Shown one piece after another: positions 18,406 to 27,673 of a DNA stretch of 64,000 nucleotides. Below the pieces are notes generated by a model. The model made no database searches. It was not told the origin of the DNA and was given only the letters and a program-made list of their open reading frames with translations. The DNA lies in the IMG/VR virus record IMGVR_UViG_3300008459_000008, positions 1-64,000 of that record. One strand, given 5' to 3'. Numbering within the stretch: the stretch's first letter is position 1; each line of letters starts with the position of its first letter. Source of the stretch: a virus. Both the position numbers and the translations under genes were made by a program.

Positions 18406-18861
18406 TCAAATTATATCTCTACTTAAAGAAAATTCATAGAAAACTGGCAAATTCAAAAATTTATTAAAACCATTTTTTAAATCCCCTAGAGTTCTAGACT
18501 TTTTGTAAATTACCAAAACTGTCACACCAAATTCCTCTTGAAAAAGCAGGTCACATTCATTCCAAGGTCTTTTATAGAAAGTTCTCTTATCCCACTCATC
18601 ATCTCCACCAGAAAGCCAATATAAACATTTTTTAGTATCAACGTGATCAATGTCCAAAAATTTTGTTATATCTCTGTTCCAAATATTGGGATCTGTGATT
18701 TTATTTCTCATCATGAGTGCGACACCTTCACATATATCTGTGGTACAAAAATCACCTATTTCAAAAAATAAGCAATTACCAGCACCCTCACTTACCTCAA
18801 CGGACTGACTATTCATTAAAAAGTCAATTTCGTTTGTTTTGGTGAACTTTCTTTTTCCCAT
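18406..18861 (-). CDS. Hypothetical protein
   Basis: ORF; ATG at 18861 (MGKRKF) avoids overlap with the upstream gene. Confidence 0.6.
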   Translation of the reverse strand: MGKRKFTKTNEIDFLMNSQSVEVSEGAGNCLFFEIGDFCTTDICEGVALMMRNKITDPNIWNRDITKFLDIDHVDTKKCLYWLSGGDDEWDKRTFYKRPWNECDLLFQEEFGVTVLVIYKKSRTLGDLKNGFNKFLNLPVFYEFSLSRDII

Positions 18862-18886
18862 AACAAAAAAATTATTTTTTTTACTT

Positions 18887-19171
18887 TTACATTTTGATAC
18901 CACTCAAAAATTTACCTTCAAAATTTCCATTTTCGAAAATTCCATTTTCGAAAATTCCGTAAAAGTTACCTGATTTAAAAATACCATAATGCCAAGATCC
19001 TGAATAAAAATCTCCACCATTCCATATCAATGTGTTGTTTTTTAGTTCTAAGTCCGCATCTTCTATCTCGGAGTCTATCAACCAATCAAAACCATTTTGT
19101 TCTAGAAGTTCTAGTATGGATTTTTGATTTGTGATTTTTTTATCACCTACTACAATTTGTTTAAATCTCAT
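18887..19171 (-). CDS. Small protein with pentapeptide GxFxN repeats
   Basis: GIFKSGNFYGIFENGIFENGNFEG; 15-nt DNA repeat at about 18922-18958. Confidence 0.7.
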   Translation of the reverse strand: MRFKQIVVGDKKITNQKSILELLEQNGFDWLIDSEIEDADLELKNNTLIWNGGDFYSGSWHYGIFKSGNFYGIFENGIFENGNFEGKFLSGIKM

Positions 19172-19306
19172 AATTATTATTACAAAATTATATATTCAAC
19201 CAATATTATACTTAATTCCTATATCACTGATATTTTCAAAAAAATAATACATCATTTTATTTTTATCTTGAAGACGTTTTAATATATAAAAAAAATTAAA
19301 ATAATA

Positions 19307-22231
19307 ATGAAATTTCTTAAATACAGAAATGATTTTATTCATAATCAAACAGATTTCAAATCACAGATCGAAAATTCGAATTTAGTTAATGAATTTTTAC
19401 AAAATGATTATAAATTTGGAGATACCTATTTTGGTAGATTGGTAAATTCCACTATCCAAATGTTTAAAAGAGCTTATAAGAGAGCAGAAATATCTTTATT
19501 ATTGGGAGATTTGGAAGACAGTCTACAAATAATGGTAGACAGACTCAAATTTGAACAAATAACAAGGGAATATCCAACTTTATATCTGAAGTCTACTTTG
19601 GAGGAAATTAAAAATGTATGTATAAGTACCCTCAATGATGATGAAAAGTTGAAGATTTTGATAGGATGGGATGGTGTGAAAACAACATATAATCCAAAAG
19701 ATCCAAAAGCTGATATACCTGGTTATTACAGAAAAAGAAAAATAATTGTACCTTGCTTAGTACAAAAATGTTATGATAAAATTGCTCGTAATAAAATGAG
19801 GGAAAGATTAGAGGGATCATTTAATCCAACCATAATCAAGAACTATCTTGATACACTTTCTGATTTTATGGATGAGTTGAGGAGATTAGCTTATGAGATA
19901 CAACACCCAAACACTCCTCTATCAACTAGTACAGCAAAACCATTTAACCTAGAATTACTACCAGTATTGAAAAAATTGACACAATTGAATTTACAAAATG
20001 AAAGTTCCAAACAATCAAAGTTTTTATCATACTACGATTTTATTAAAGAAAACCAAGAGGGTGAGATTGAAATGGTAAATCTTAAAAAGTTAAAAGATTT
20101 ATCGGACAAACTAATTCTTTTATTAGATGAGAACCCAGATCAAAAATTAGAAGATAGTGGCGAGTATATTGAATTTGTTAAAACTTTAAAAAATTTAAAT
20201 ACTGATGAATTAAACTATTTGGAAGAAAATGGTCTTATAGATGATTTAAAACAGGTCACAAAAATAGAATTCCAAAATAATACAGAAAAGTCATCACAGA
20301 TAAAAACACCGGAAACCATCAAAGAAAAGCCAATTTTCAAAGATGATTCGGAAGACGTTCCTCAAGAAAAAATAGAAAATCCAACTCAAACAAAACCTGT
20401 TATAGAACCAACTGAACAAGTACAGATGTCAAAAAAAGAAGATAAACCTGGTGATTTGGATACTCAAACACAAACCTCATCAAAACCAACTACCGAACCA
20501 TCTATAATTGATGACTCAGAGGAGGAAGTTAAAGCTGAAAATGATGAAGAAATTATTAAAAGTGTACAATCTGAGGAGGATAAAAAATTTGAAAGATATA
20601 ATACAAGATATAGTACTTATATCAAAATGATTCTTGAAGATACGGTTGGTAGGACCGAAGAAATATTAACAGAAGAAGTTAAGAGAAAAGCTAAATTAGC
20701 TAAGAGAGTCAGAGGGGGAGCACCAGCTCCACCTGCTCCGGTACCCACTCCAACTCCGTCTCCTGTACCGTCACCACCTGCTCCAAGTCCAACACCTGCT
20801 CCTGCTCCACCTGCTCCGTCTCCTGTACCGGCACCACCTGCTCCAAGTCCAACACCTACTCCAAGTCCATCGACTGTGAATGTCCCAAGAGTTGAGGAAT
20901 TATGGAACAACTTTTTTGAGACGGTTAATGAAATCTTACCAGCTAAAATGACGTTGGATGATGTGAAAAAATTAAAAAGTTTCAAACCAAAAGATTTGGA
21001 TTTAGCTTATTCTATCCAAAAAGAGCCAGAACCTTTAATAAAAATTATCAGGCTTTTTGAGTTAGCTAATTCAATATACACAACACCAGTTATTCCATCA
21101 GGAAGATCTGGTGGTGAGGTTTGGCCAGTGACCTACAGAAAGTATGCATTTGTTGGGTCTGGTACACCCGGTGGACCTACTAGACCGGGAGCGGCTCCTG
21201 GTGGATCTATATGGGTTTATAAACCATTTTTCAATGCTTGGAAAGAGGGTGTTTATGAGATGATGGCAAACCCTAAATTCAAAGACATATTCAAGAATGT
21301 AAAAAACATGATTGAAAATATAAAGGTTGATATTGAATACTTTGATAAAATCAATGAACAAGATACCAATAAAGTTTCTGATATGAATAAATCGGTTATA
21401 CCATCCAATGAAATACTGAAAGAATTTGTAATAGATATGCTTAGGTTGAAAAATCAAGCTGACTTTGATGAGTATGTTTCCAAATCTTTAAGAAGATTTT
21501 TTGGTCTAAATGTTGAATCTTCCAATTTGAGAGCATCTGGTGTAAAAGAACGTCAAGAAATACCAATGAGTAAAAATGATATAGAACCAAATACTTGTGT
21601 ATGGGAACCTTTCAAACAAAATTCATTTCAGAAATCCGATGAGAATAAACTGTTTGCGGTACCAGTAAAGGATTTACGGAAGTCACAGACACCAAATACT
21701 CATACCGTCCTATTCGTGAGACCAATCTCAGTTACAACTAGAAAAGTTGAAATTAAATTCACGGTTAATTATCAAGATGAAGTTAATGACAATGTAGAAA
21801 AAATGATCAATTACAAAAAAACTGATTGGTCTTCGGATGGAGGGTCTAAAGGTCAAAATGTTTATTATGGCATTATGAAAAATGATTTTACATCTGGATT
21901 TGAAATAACCTTTGCGAATGTATCTGGTAGTTTGAGTGCAGGTTTTGAAGCGGATCCATCCATAGGAGAACCAAAAACAAAAAATAGTTCGAATTATCAA
22001 ATCAACCGAGATAAAATAAAATTAAACTCCGGTGAGAGTTCAAATTTATTCTTTGCTAAATTAATTTCTTATGACAAAGATAAGAAAAAGCAAGATGTTA
22101 CTTCAAACAAAGATATAGAAGTTAACAAAGAAAAATATGATAGAGATTTAGGTAAACTAAATACTAAATCAAAAACCAAACTTTATGACGAACTTTTGAA
22201 GAGGGGTAAGGACGATTTTGGTTGGACCTAA
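19307..22231 (+). CDS. Large hypothetical protein with Pro-rich linker (possible internal virion protein)
   Basis: 974 aa; PAPPAPSPVP repeats at about 20720-20870; late motif upstream and terminator downstream. Confidence 0.75.
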   Translation: MKFLKYRNDFIHNQTDFKSQIENSNLVNEFLQNDYKFGDTYFGRLVNSTIQMFKRAYKRAEISLLLGDLEDSLQIMVDRLKFEQITREYPTLYLKSTLEEIKNVCISTLNDDEKLKILIGWDGVKTTYNPKDPKADIPGYYRKRKIIVPCLVQKCYDKIARNKMRERLEGSFNPTIIKNYLDTLSDFMDELRRLAYEIQHPNTPLSTSTAKPFNLELLPVLKKLTQLNLQNESSKQSKFLSYYDFIKENQEGEIEMVNLKKLKDLSDKLILLLDENPDQKLEDSGEYIEFVKTLKNLNTDELNYLEENGLIDDLKQVTKIEFQNNTEKSSQIKTPETIKEKPIFKDDSEDVPQEKIENPTQTKPVIEPTEQVQMSKKEDKPGDLDTQTQTSSKPTTEPSIIDDSEEEVKAENDEEIIKSVQSEEDKKFERYNTRYSTYIKMILEDTVGRTEEILTEEVKRKAKLAKRVRGGAPAPPAPVPTPTPSPVPSPPAPSPTPAPAPPAPSPVPAPPAPSPTPTPSPSTVNVPRVEELWNNFFETVNEILPAKMTLDDVKKLKSFKPKDLDLAYSIQKEPEPLIKIIRLFELANSIYTTPVIPSGRSGGEVWPVTYRKYAFVGSGTPGGPTRPGAAPGGSIWVYKPFFNAWKEGVYEMMANPKFKDIFKNVKNMIENIKVDIEYFDKINEQDTNKVSDMNKSVIPSNEILKEFVIDMLRLKNQADFDEYVSKSLRRFFGLNVESSNLRASGVKERQEIPMSKNDIEPNTCVWEPFKQNSFQKSDENKLFAVPVKDLRKSQTPNTHTVLFVRPISVTTRKVEIKFTVNYQDEVNDNVEKMINYKKTDWSSDGGSKGQNVYYGIMKNDFTSGFEITFANVSGSLSAGFEADPSIGEPKTKNSSNYQINRDKIKLNSGESSNLFFAKLISYDKDKKKQDVTSNKDIEVNKEKYDRDLGKLNTKSKTKLYDELLKRGKDDFGWT

Positions 22232-22235
22232 TGTC

Positions 22236-22266
22236 AATTTAAACCCGATTAAGTCGGGTTTAAATT
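22236..22266 (+). terminator. Intrinsic terminator
   Basis: aatttaaacccga-ttaag-tcgggtttaaatt followed by a T run. Confidence 0.8.
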
Positions 22267-22299
22267 TTTTATAAAATCACCAAATCAATATATACATTT

Positions 22300-22854
22300 A
22301 TGAAATTTATTAGTCTGTATAGAGATTTTATTTTAGAACAAACTTCCAATGAAGTCGACCCAATGGTTGCTAGTAGGTCATTTAACAAGAAAGACTTACA
22401 AGATAAGATCAAAGAATACCAAAATCAAATAACTAAAGTCAGAACTGTTTTCTCAAATGATAAGTTATCGGATGTTGATATTCCAAATCAATTAAAAGAT
22501 TTTTTAAAAGATAAAGATACTAAGAAATTTGTGTTTGATAATGAACTCACTCAATTAGAAGTCGATGTCTGCAATATTTCAAGACAACTGAGAAAAAAAG
22601 AACTCGAACTTAATAAATTGAAACAAGATGTTAAAACACAACGGACTAATATATCTCCATTAGAACCACAGTCAAAAGAGAATAGTGAAGAAAATATTAC
22701 CAAAATACAAACAGATCAATCTAATATTCAAAAAGAATTACAGAGACTTCGTGAATTACTACTTAAAAAAGAAAAAAATAAAAATGATGTAGTCAGGGAT
22801 TATGAAGAAAAACTCAAAAATATTGAAAAGGAGATCAGATCTGATAATTTGTAA
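22300..22854 (+). CDS. Coiled-coil hypothetical protein
   Basis: K/E/Q-rich heptads; N-terminus MKFISLYRDFILE. Confidence 0.72.
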   Translation: MKFISLYRDFILEQTSNEVDPMVASRSFNKKDLQDKIKEYQNQITKVRTVFSNDKLSDVDIPNQLKDFLKDKDTKKFVFDNELTQLEVDVCNISRQLRKKELELNKLKQDVKTQRTNISPLEPQSKENSEENITKIQTDQSNIQKELQRLRELLLKKEKNKNDVVRDYEEKLKNIEKEIRSDNL

Positions 22855-22882
22855 AATTTAGAAAAATATAATTTTTTCTTTT

Positions 22883-22890
22883 AATATATA
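22883..22890 (+). promoter_or_regulatory. Late-promoter motif AATATATA (sheath gene; representative of more than 20 copies)
   Basis: The same octamer precedes the protease, portal, gp15, gp25, tube, baseplate and other genes. Confidence 0.7.
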
Positions 22891-22917
22891 CTTTTAAATA
22901 AAAAATATCGAACTAAT

Positions 22918-25900
22918 ATGGCAATTCAAATCGGTAAATACAAAAGACCAGGTATCTTTGTAGAAGAATTCGATGCATCTATAATCACCTCACCAGCAAT
23001 AACAGGTGGTATAGTATCCTTAGTTTTAGGATTCTCGAAAAAGGGACCTGTAAATACCCCTGTATTACTACAAAATACAAGGGATTTAGAAAATATATTC
23101 GGCGCACTTGACAGAAATCTTGAAAGAAAGGGTTCTTTCTTTCACAGAACAATATCTAAAATGTTAGAATCAAGTCCAGTTTATGCAATAAATCTTATGC
23201 TAACTTCTGATACGTTAGACCAGATTGAATATCAGTCTGTATCAACTCGTACAGATGCTTACAATGATGTAAAAAGACTAGGACCGTATAGAAGGTTTTT
23301 CAACACCACAGGGTTTTGGAAACGTGATACTGAGACTTTCAATAATCTTGTGAAGGATGATCCTGGAGCTGCTGGTAGGTTACTTTCATTCACAAATCTT
23401 TCTGATAGATATGTAACATTGTTTATCTTCAAGGCCGCTAATACATTTGGTTTCGATAGGAGTTTATTGGAGGCTTATGGTACGGCAGAAAAAGTTCCTT
23501 TATATCTTAATCCGATGGATTATGCTTCTGATTACTTAGTCGATGTTTTAATTGTTACTGGAGACTGGACAAATTACGCTGAATTATCTGTCGATACAAA
23601 ATGGTCACAATATTTTACACCTGATGGACTTAGGAAAACTAGAGTTCGTGACTTTGCTAATGATAGAAATATAACTTTATTAAATTTTTATGAAGGTATA
23701 TCAATGATACCATACTTTAAAGATAATAATGGTAGAAACATTTTTATTGAGAATGTCATCAATGATGACACTGATTCAACTGGTGTGTTCTGCACATTTG
23801 ACGTTGATAAATTGGAAGGAGACTTCCCTAATGGCATGGTTGATTTGGTTGGCAACAACCTTGTGGTAAATAATTCATTAGTTGATACTGAACAAGATAC
23901 CGTTTCTTTTCTCTCATACAATGAGACAATTGCTGAAACCTTAACATATGAACATACACCTTTGGATGTAGCTGGTGGTGCTAATGGACAGAGTGTCATA
24001 GCATTTGGACCAACAATATCATTTTTCAACGGTGGTGTTTGGGGTGGTCAAGGTGGTGTACAAAGAACTGCATTATTAAGAGAAGGTTTCATAAATGGAG
24101 TTGGTTATCATGAACCATCTGCATTTTTTAGTAGTACATCTTCATTCACAATTGGATTTGAAACAATTATGCCCGATGCTTACAGCGGTGCTCCAACATC
24201 TTGGGGTCCATATGCGGTGATTGGGGGAGAACAAATCTTCATCAACTCAGGTTCAGCTGCTGTGTTTACTTATTCTATTCCGAGAACAAATTATACTGGA
24301 ATTACAGGAACTTCGTCATTTATTTCAGTAGCTTACGTAGATTCTAATAGTGGTAATATTACAATTAAAAATTCAGCTGCTTCAGCACCTAGTGTCCAAC
24401 CTTCGGTTGGAATCAACGATTTAGTATTAGGTTACTTAAGTTTTACTGTAAGTAATGGATATTTCTTAGCTAGTCAGGTTTCTTGGACCAACGTTGGTAT
24501 AAACGGCACTTATGGAACTCCAAAAGAGTTTACAGTTGGAACATTTAGTACCAACGACTACACGATTACAGATTTGGGTAGTGGATCCTTCAGATTACAA
24601 TTTACAGACACAGATGGTGCAAATCTAAACGGTGGTAGTCTCGGAAATTATGAAAGACATAGAAAGATTGATATATTCAATAAAATCGTTGATATTTTGG
24701 ACTCAACTGATTCTGAAAAAGCAACAATGATTATTGATTTTGCGACTGGTAGAAAGTATTCAGCTCAATCAGTTTCAGTATCTTCGGTAAATTCTAGCAC
24801 TTTAGCTGACAGAAGTCTAGTAATCAATCTTGGAACTTCTTCAGTTCCATCAGATATAAGGGATGGTAATTTTGTTCTATACAGAGAGGATAGTGAATTT
24901 ACACTTGGTGAGATTGGTGTAAAGACCCAAGACATCCAAGGTATTGGAACAGCATCTGGGACTATCGGTAAATATTCTGATTTTTACTTAGCTTTCCAAA
25001 ATGGTCAAATTAATACTGGTGACTGGTTCTATCAAAATCTTCTAGAGGCAGAGATACCACAAATTACATTTACAAGAAATAATGGATTTGATGTAATTGT
25101 TTTTTCTGATACAAACGGATTTATGACATTCAATGGTAATGAATCATTAAGGATACCAAGCTCAATTTATAATTCGGGCATTTTCACTTTAACTGGTGAG
25201 ACAGCTTCACAAGGAATTGAAAATCCTATCACCGGTACATATTTTGCCTCTGGTCTTGATGCTTACACAATTACTAGTGATTTAGTAACTGATGAAACAT
25301 TGTACAATGTTTCTAGAATAGAGGATACATCTGAAAAAGTTTACTTAGATATGCAGTTTGATACTTTTGGGAATATGGACTTGAGATTTACAGATTACAC
25401 TCTCGATTCATCAAATAATATAGAACCTTCAACTGATGGTATTCAATATAAAGATGGTAGATTGAGGATTAGAACTGATAAAACAAACTACAAACAGACA
25501 GTCGAAATCGAAATGCCTGCTGGATATACACCAGTAGCAAATAAAATTTTAATTAACGCATCAAGATATACTGAATTGAAAGTTGGTGATTTCTTAGAGG
25601 CTGCGGTTGATGAAACAATGTTAGAGAACGGTGAGGTACCAAAGAAATTAGCTAGAATTCAGAGAAAAAGATCGTACACACCTGATCCAACTCTGACTGA
25701 AATAAGCACAGATATTGCAATCAATAAAGTGAGCAGGAGAGGTGACCTACAAACTCTAAGATATGTCCCTATTACTGACTATGCGTCTACTTACAAAGGA
25801 ATTACCCTTAAAGGATTTAGAGTTAGAGAAGACTCAATACCAGATGGTACTGAGGAAAGACAAAGCGCTATCTTGAACCTTGTGTCACGTGGTACATCTC

Positions 25901-26838
25901 TATTTGGAGCACTTATCAATAAGGAAGCATTCGATTTCAGATATCTTGTAGATGCATTTGGTCTTGGTTTGACAGAAAGATCAAAACAACAATTAGTGGA
26001 TATTTGTGGTGAAAGATTAGATGCTATGGGTATATTGAACATGCCAAGTAACAAGATGTTTAGAGACTCAACAGCTGTAAATTTCACAGATAGTGAGGGA
26101 GTGGTTCAAACATCATTCATAGCTGTAGGTGGAGATCCAGAATCAAATCCAGCTTTCCTTTACTCATTTGGTGATGGAAGAGGAGCTAGTTGTGTTGGAT
26201 ATTTTTATCCATATGTAACAGTGAACGATAATGGAAGACCTGTTAACGTCCCACCATCAGCTTACGTGGCAACAACTTACATGAGAAAACAAACATCTGC
26301 TCTTACAACAATTACTCCTTGGACAATTGCTGCGGGTGTTACTAATGGTAGAGTTACTAATATCGCTGGTGTTGAAGTCAACTTTAGTCCAACTGATATC
26401 GAAAACTTGAACGGTGCACAAGTCAATCCGATTGTGTTCAAGAGAAATAGAGGATTTGTAATTGAGACCGAAAATACTGGTCAAACACTTTACAAATCTG
26501 CACTTTCTTACCTACACGTTAGAGAGGTACTCATTGAACTTGAAAGAGAGCTATCAGCGATGTTACTAGAATTCCAATGGAGATTTAATACTGCTGATGT
26601 CAGAGCTGAAATCAAGTTGAGAGCTGATAGTATTTGTGAAAAGTATGTAAATAGAAATGGTCTCTATAACTACTTCAATAAGTGTGATGAGGAGAACAAC
26701 ACACCAGAAATAATAGATAATCAAATTGGTGTACTTGATACATATGTAGAACCAATTAAGGGTATGGGTATTATTGTAAATAATATCACAATTCTTAGAA
26801 CTGGAGCAATCCAAGCTGGTGGTTTCATACAATCATAA
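22918..26838 (+). CDS. gp18: Contractile tail sheath protein, gp18-like, with large insertion
   Basis: RPGIFVEEFD, GFSKKGPVNTP, VPPSAYVA, PWTIAAGVTNG, LHVREVLI, FNKCDEENNTPEIID, YVEPIKG. Confidence 0.94.
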   Translation: MAIQIGKYKRPGIFVEEFDASIITSPAITGGIVSLVLGFSKKGPVNTPVLLQNTRDLENIFGALDRNLERKGSFFHRTISKMLESSPVYAINLMLTSDTLDQIEYQSVSTRTDAYNDVKRLGPYRRFFNTTGFWKRDTETFNNLVKDDPGAAGRLLSFTNLSDRYVTLFIFKAANTFGFDRSLLEAYGTAEKVPLYLNPMDYASDYLVDVLIVTGDWTNYAELSVDTKWSQYFTPDGLRKTRVRDFANDRNITLLNFYEGISMIPYFKDNNGRNIFIENVINDDTDSTGVFCTFDVDKLEGDFPNGMVDLVGNNLVVNNSLVDTEQDTVSFLSYNETIAETLTYEHTPLDVAGGANGQSVIAFGPTISFFNGGVWGGQGGVQRTALLREGFINGVGYHEPSAFFSSTSSFTIGFETIMPDAYSGAPTSWGPYAVIGGEQIFINSGSAAVFTYSIPRTNYTGITGTSSFISVAYVDSNSGNITIKNSAASAPSVQPSVGINDLVLGYLSFTVSNGYFLASQVSWTNVGINGTYGTPKEFTVGTFSTNDYTITDLGSGSFRLQFTDTDGANLNGGSLGNYERHRKIDIFNKIVDILDSTDSEKATMIIDFATGRKYSAQSVSVSSVNSSTLADRSLVINLGTSSVPSDIRDGNFVLYREDSEFTLGEIGVKTQDIQGIGTASGTIGKYSDFYLAFQNGQINTGDWFYQNLLEAEIPQITFTRNNGFDVIVFSDTNGFMTFNGNESLRIPSSIYNSGIFTLTGETASQGIENPITGTYFASGLDAYTITSDLVTDETLYNVSRIEDTSEKVYLDMQFDTFGNMDLRFTDYTLDSSNNIEPSTDGIQYKDGRLRIRTDKTNYKQTVEIEMPAGYTPVANKILINASRYTELKVGDFLEAAVDETMLENGEVPKKLARIQRKRSYTPDPTLTEISTDIAINKVSRRGDLQTLRYVPITDYASTYKGITLKGFRVREDSIPDGTEERQSAILNLVSRGTSLFGALINKEAFDFRYLVDAFGLGLTERSKQQLVDICGERLDAMGILNMPSNKMFRDSTAVNFTDSEGVVQTSFIAVGGDPESNPAFLYSFGDGRGASCVGYFYPYVTVNDNGRPVNVPPSAYVATTYMRKQTSALTTITPWTIAAGVTNGRVTNIAGVEVNFSPTDIENLNGAQVNPIVFKRNRGFVIETENTGQTLYKSALSYLHVREVLIELERELSAMLLEFQWRFNTADVRAEIKLRADSICEKYVNRNGLYNYFNKCDEENNTPEIIDNQIGVLDTYVEPIKGMGIIVNNITILRTGAIQAGGFIQS

Positions 26839-26857
26839 TCAACATGAACAAAAAATT

Positions 26858-26883
26858 AAAACCCCTCAAATTTGAGGGGTTTT
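26858..26883. terminator. Bidirectional intrinsic terminator
   Basis: aaaacccctcaaa/tttgaggggtttt between convergent genes. Confidence 0.88.
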
Positions 26884-26884
26884 T

Positions 26885-27157
26885 TTATTTATTTTTAATT
26901 TGTAAGAGTAATTCAAGATTGTCCTTGTTGAAATCTCGTAGATTAGGATCTATAGGTCCCCTCTTTGATGTTTCATTATACAATTCCAAAAAATCCGACA
27001 TAGAATAAAATAAACCATCCGAACCCTCTATTAAAGTAGTTTGATCCTTCGTAATGGTTTGTGGTGATTTTTGTTGTGGATAATTTGGTCCCATATCTTT
27101 ACCAACTAATTCCCAACCACTTATAGATTCTATAAATTTAGTCCAATTTTTAATCAT
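26885..27157 (-). CDS. Hypothetical protein
   Basis: 90-aa ORF, N-terminus MIKNWTKFIES. Confidence 0.65.
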   Translation of the reverse strand: MIKNWTKFIESISGWELVGKDMGPNYPQQKSPQTITKDQTTLIEGSDGLFYSMSDFLELYNETSKRGPIDPNLRDFNKDNLELLLQIKNK

Positions 27158-27599
27158 TATCTAGAGTTATTTTTTCATAATATTCGCTTTCTATATCTAA
27201 TGAATAATTATCATGTTTGAATTCATAAATCAATTTATAAAGATAATTATCTGTTAGTACCAAATTTCCATGTTTCAAACCAAGTTCTATTTTACAATCA
27301 TCGTGGTTATATTCAATTGAGACAATTTGATCATTAATTTTACCGTTTTTATCTTTTATATCACAGTAAATAATTTTGTCAATTTGAGTTACTAAGTAAA
27401 ATAAATCAAGTAAACTTAGATAATTGTAGTCCTTTAAATCTTTATCGTCTATAGAATTGAACTTATCCAAGAATTCAATTTCTCTATCGGATAAATTATT
27501 CCGCATGGATATTTTGTCCAAAATTTGATTGAGTTCATTAATTTTTGGATTATCTTTGGATTTGAAACTAATTCCAAGTTTACGAGCCATAGTTATCAT
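27150..27599 (-). CDS. Hypothetical protein
   Basis: 149-aa ORF; AATATATA at 27612-27619. Confidence 0.65.
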   Translation of the reverse strand: MITMARKLGISFKSKDNPKINELNQILDKISMRNNLSDREIEFLDKFNSIDDKDLKDYNYLSLLDLFYLVTQIDKIIYCDIKDKNGKINDQIVSIEYNHDDCKIELGLKHGNLVLTDNYLYKLIYEFKHDNYSLDIESEYYEKITLDND

Positions 27600-27673
27600 A
27601 AAGTTATATTGTATATATTCTAGGGTTTTGACCGAAATTTATATATATCTCACAAATTAAGTTTTTATCAATA

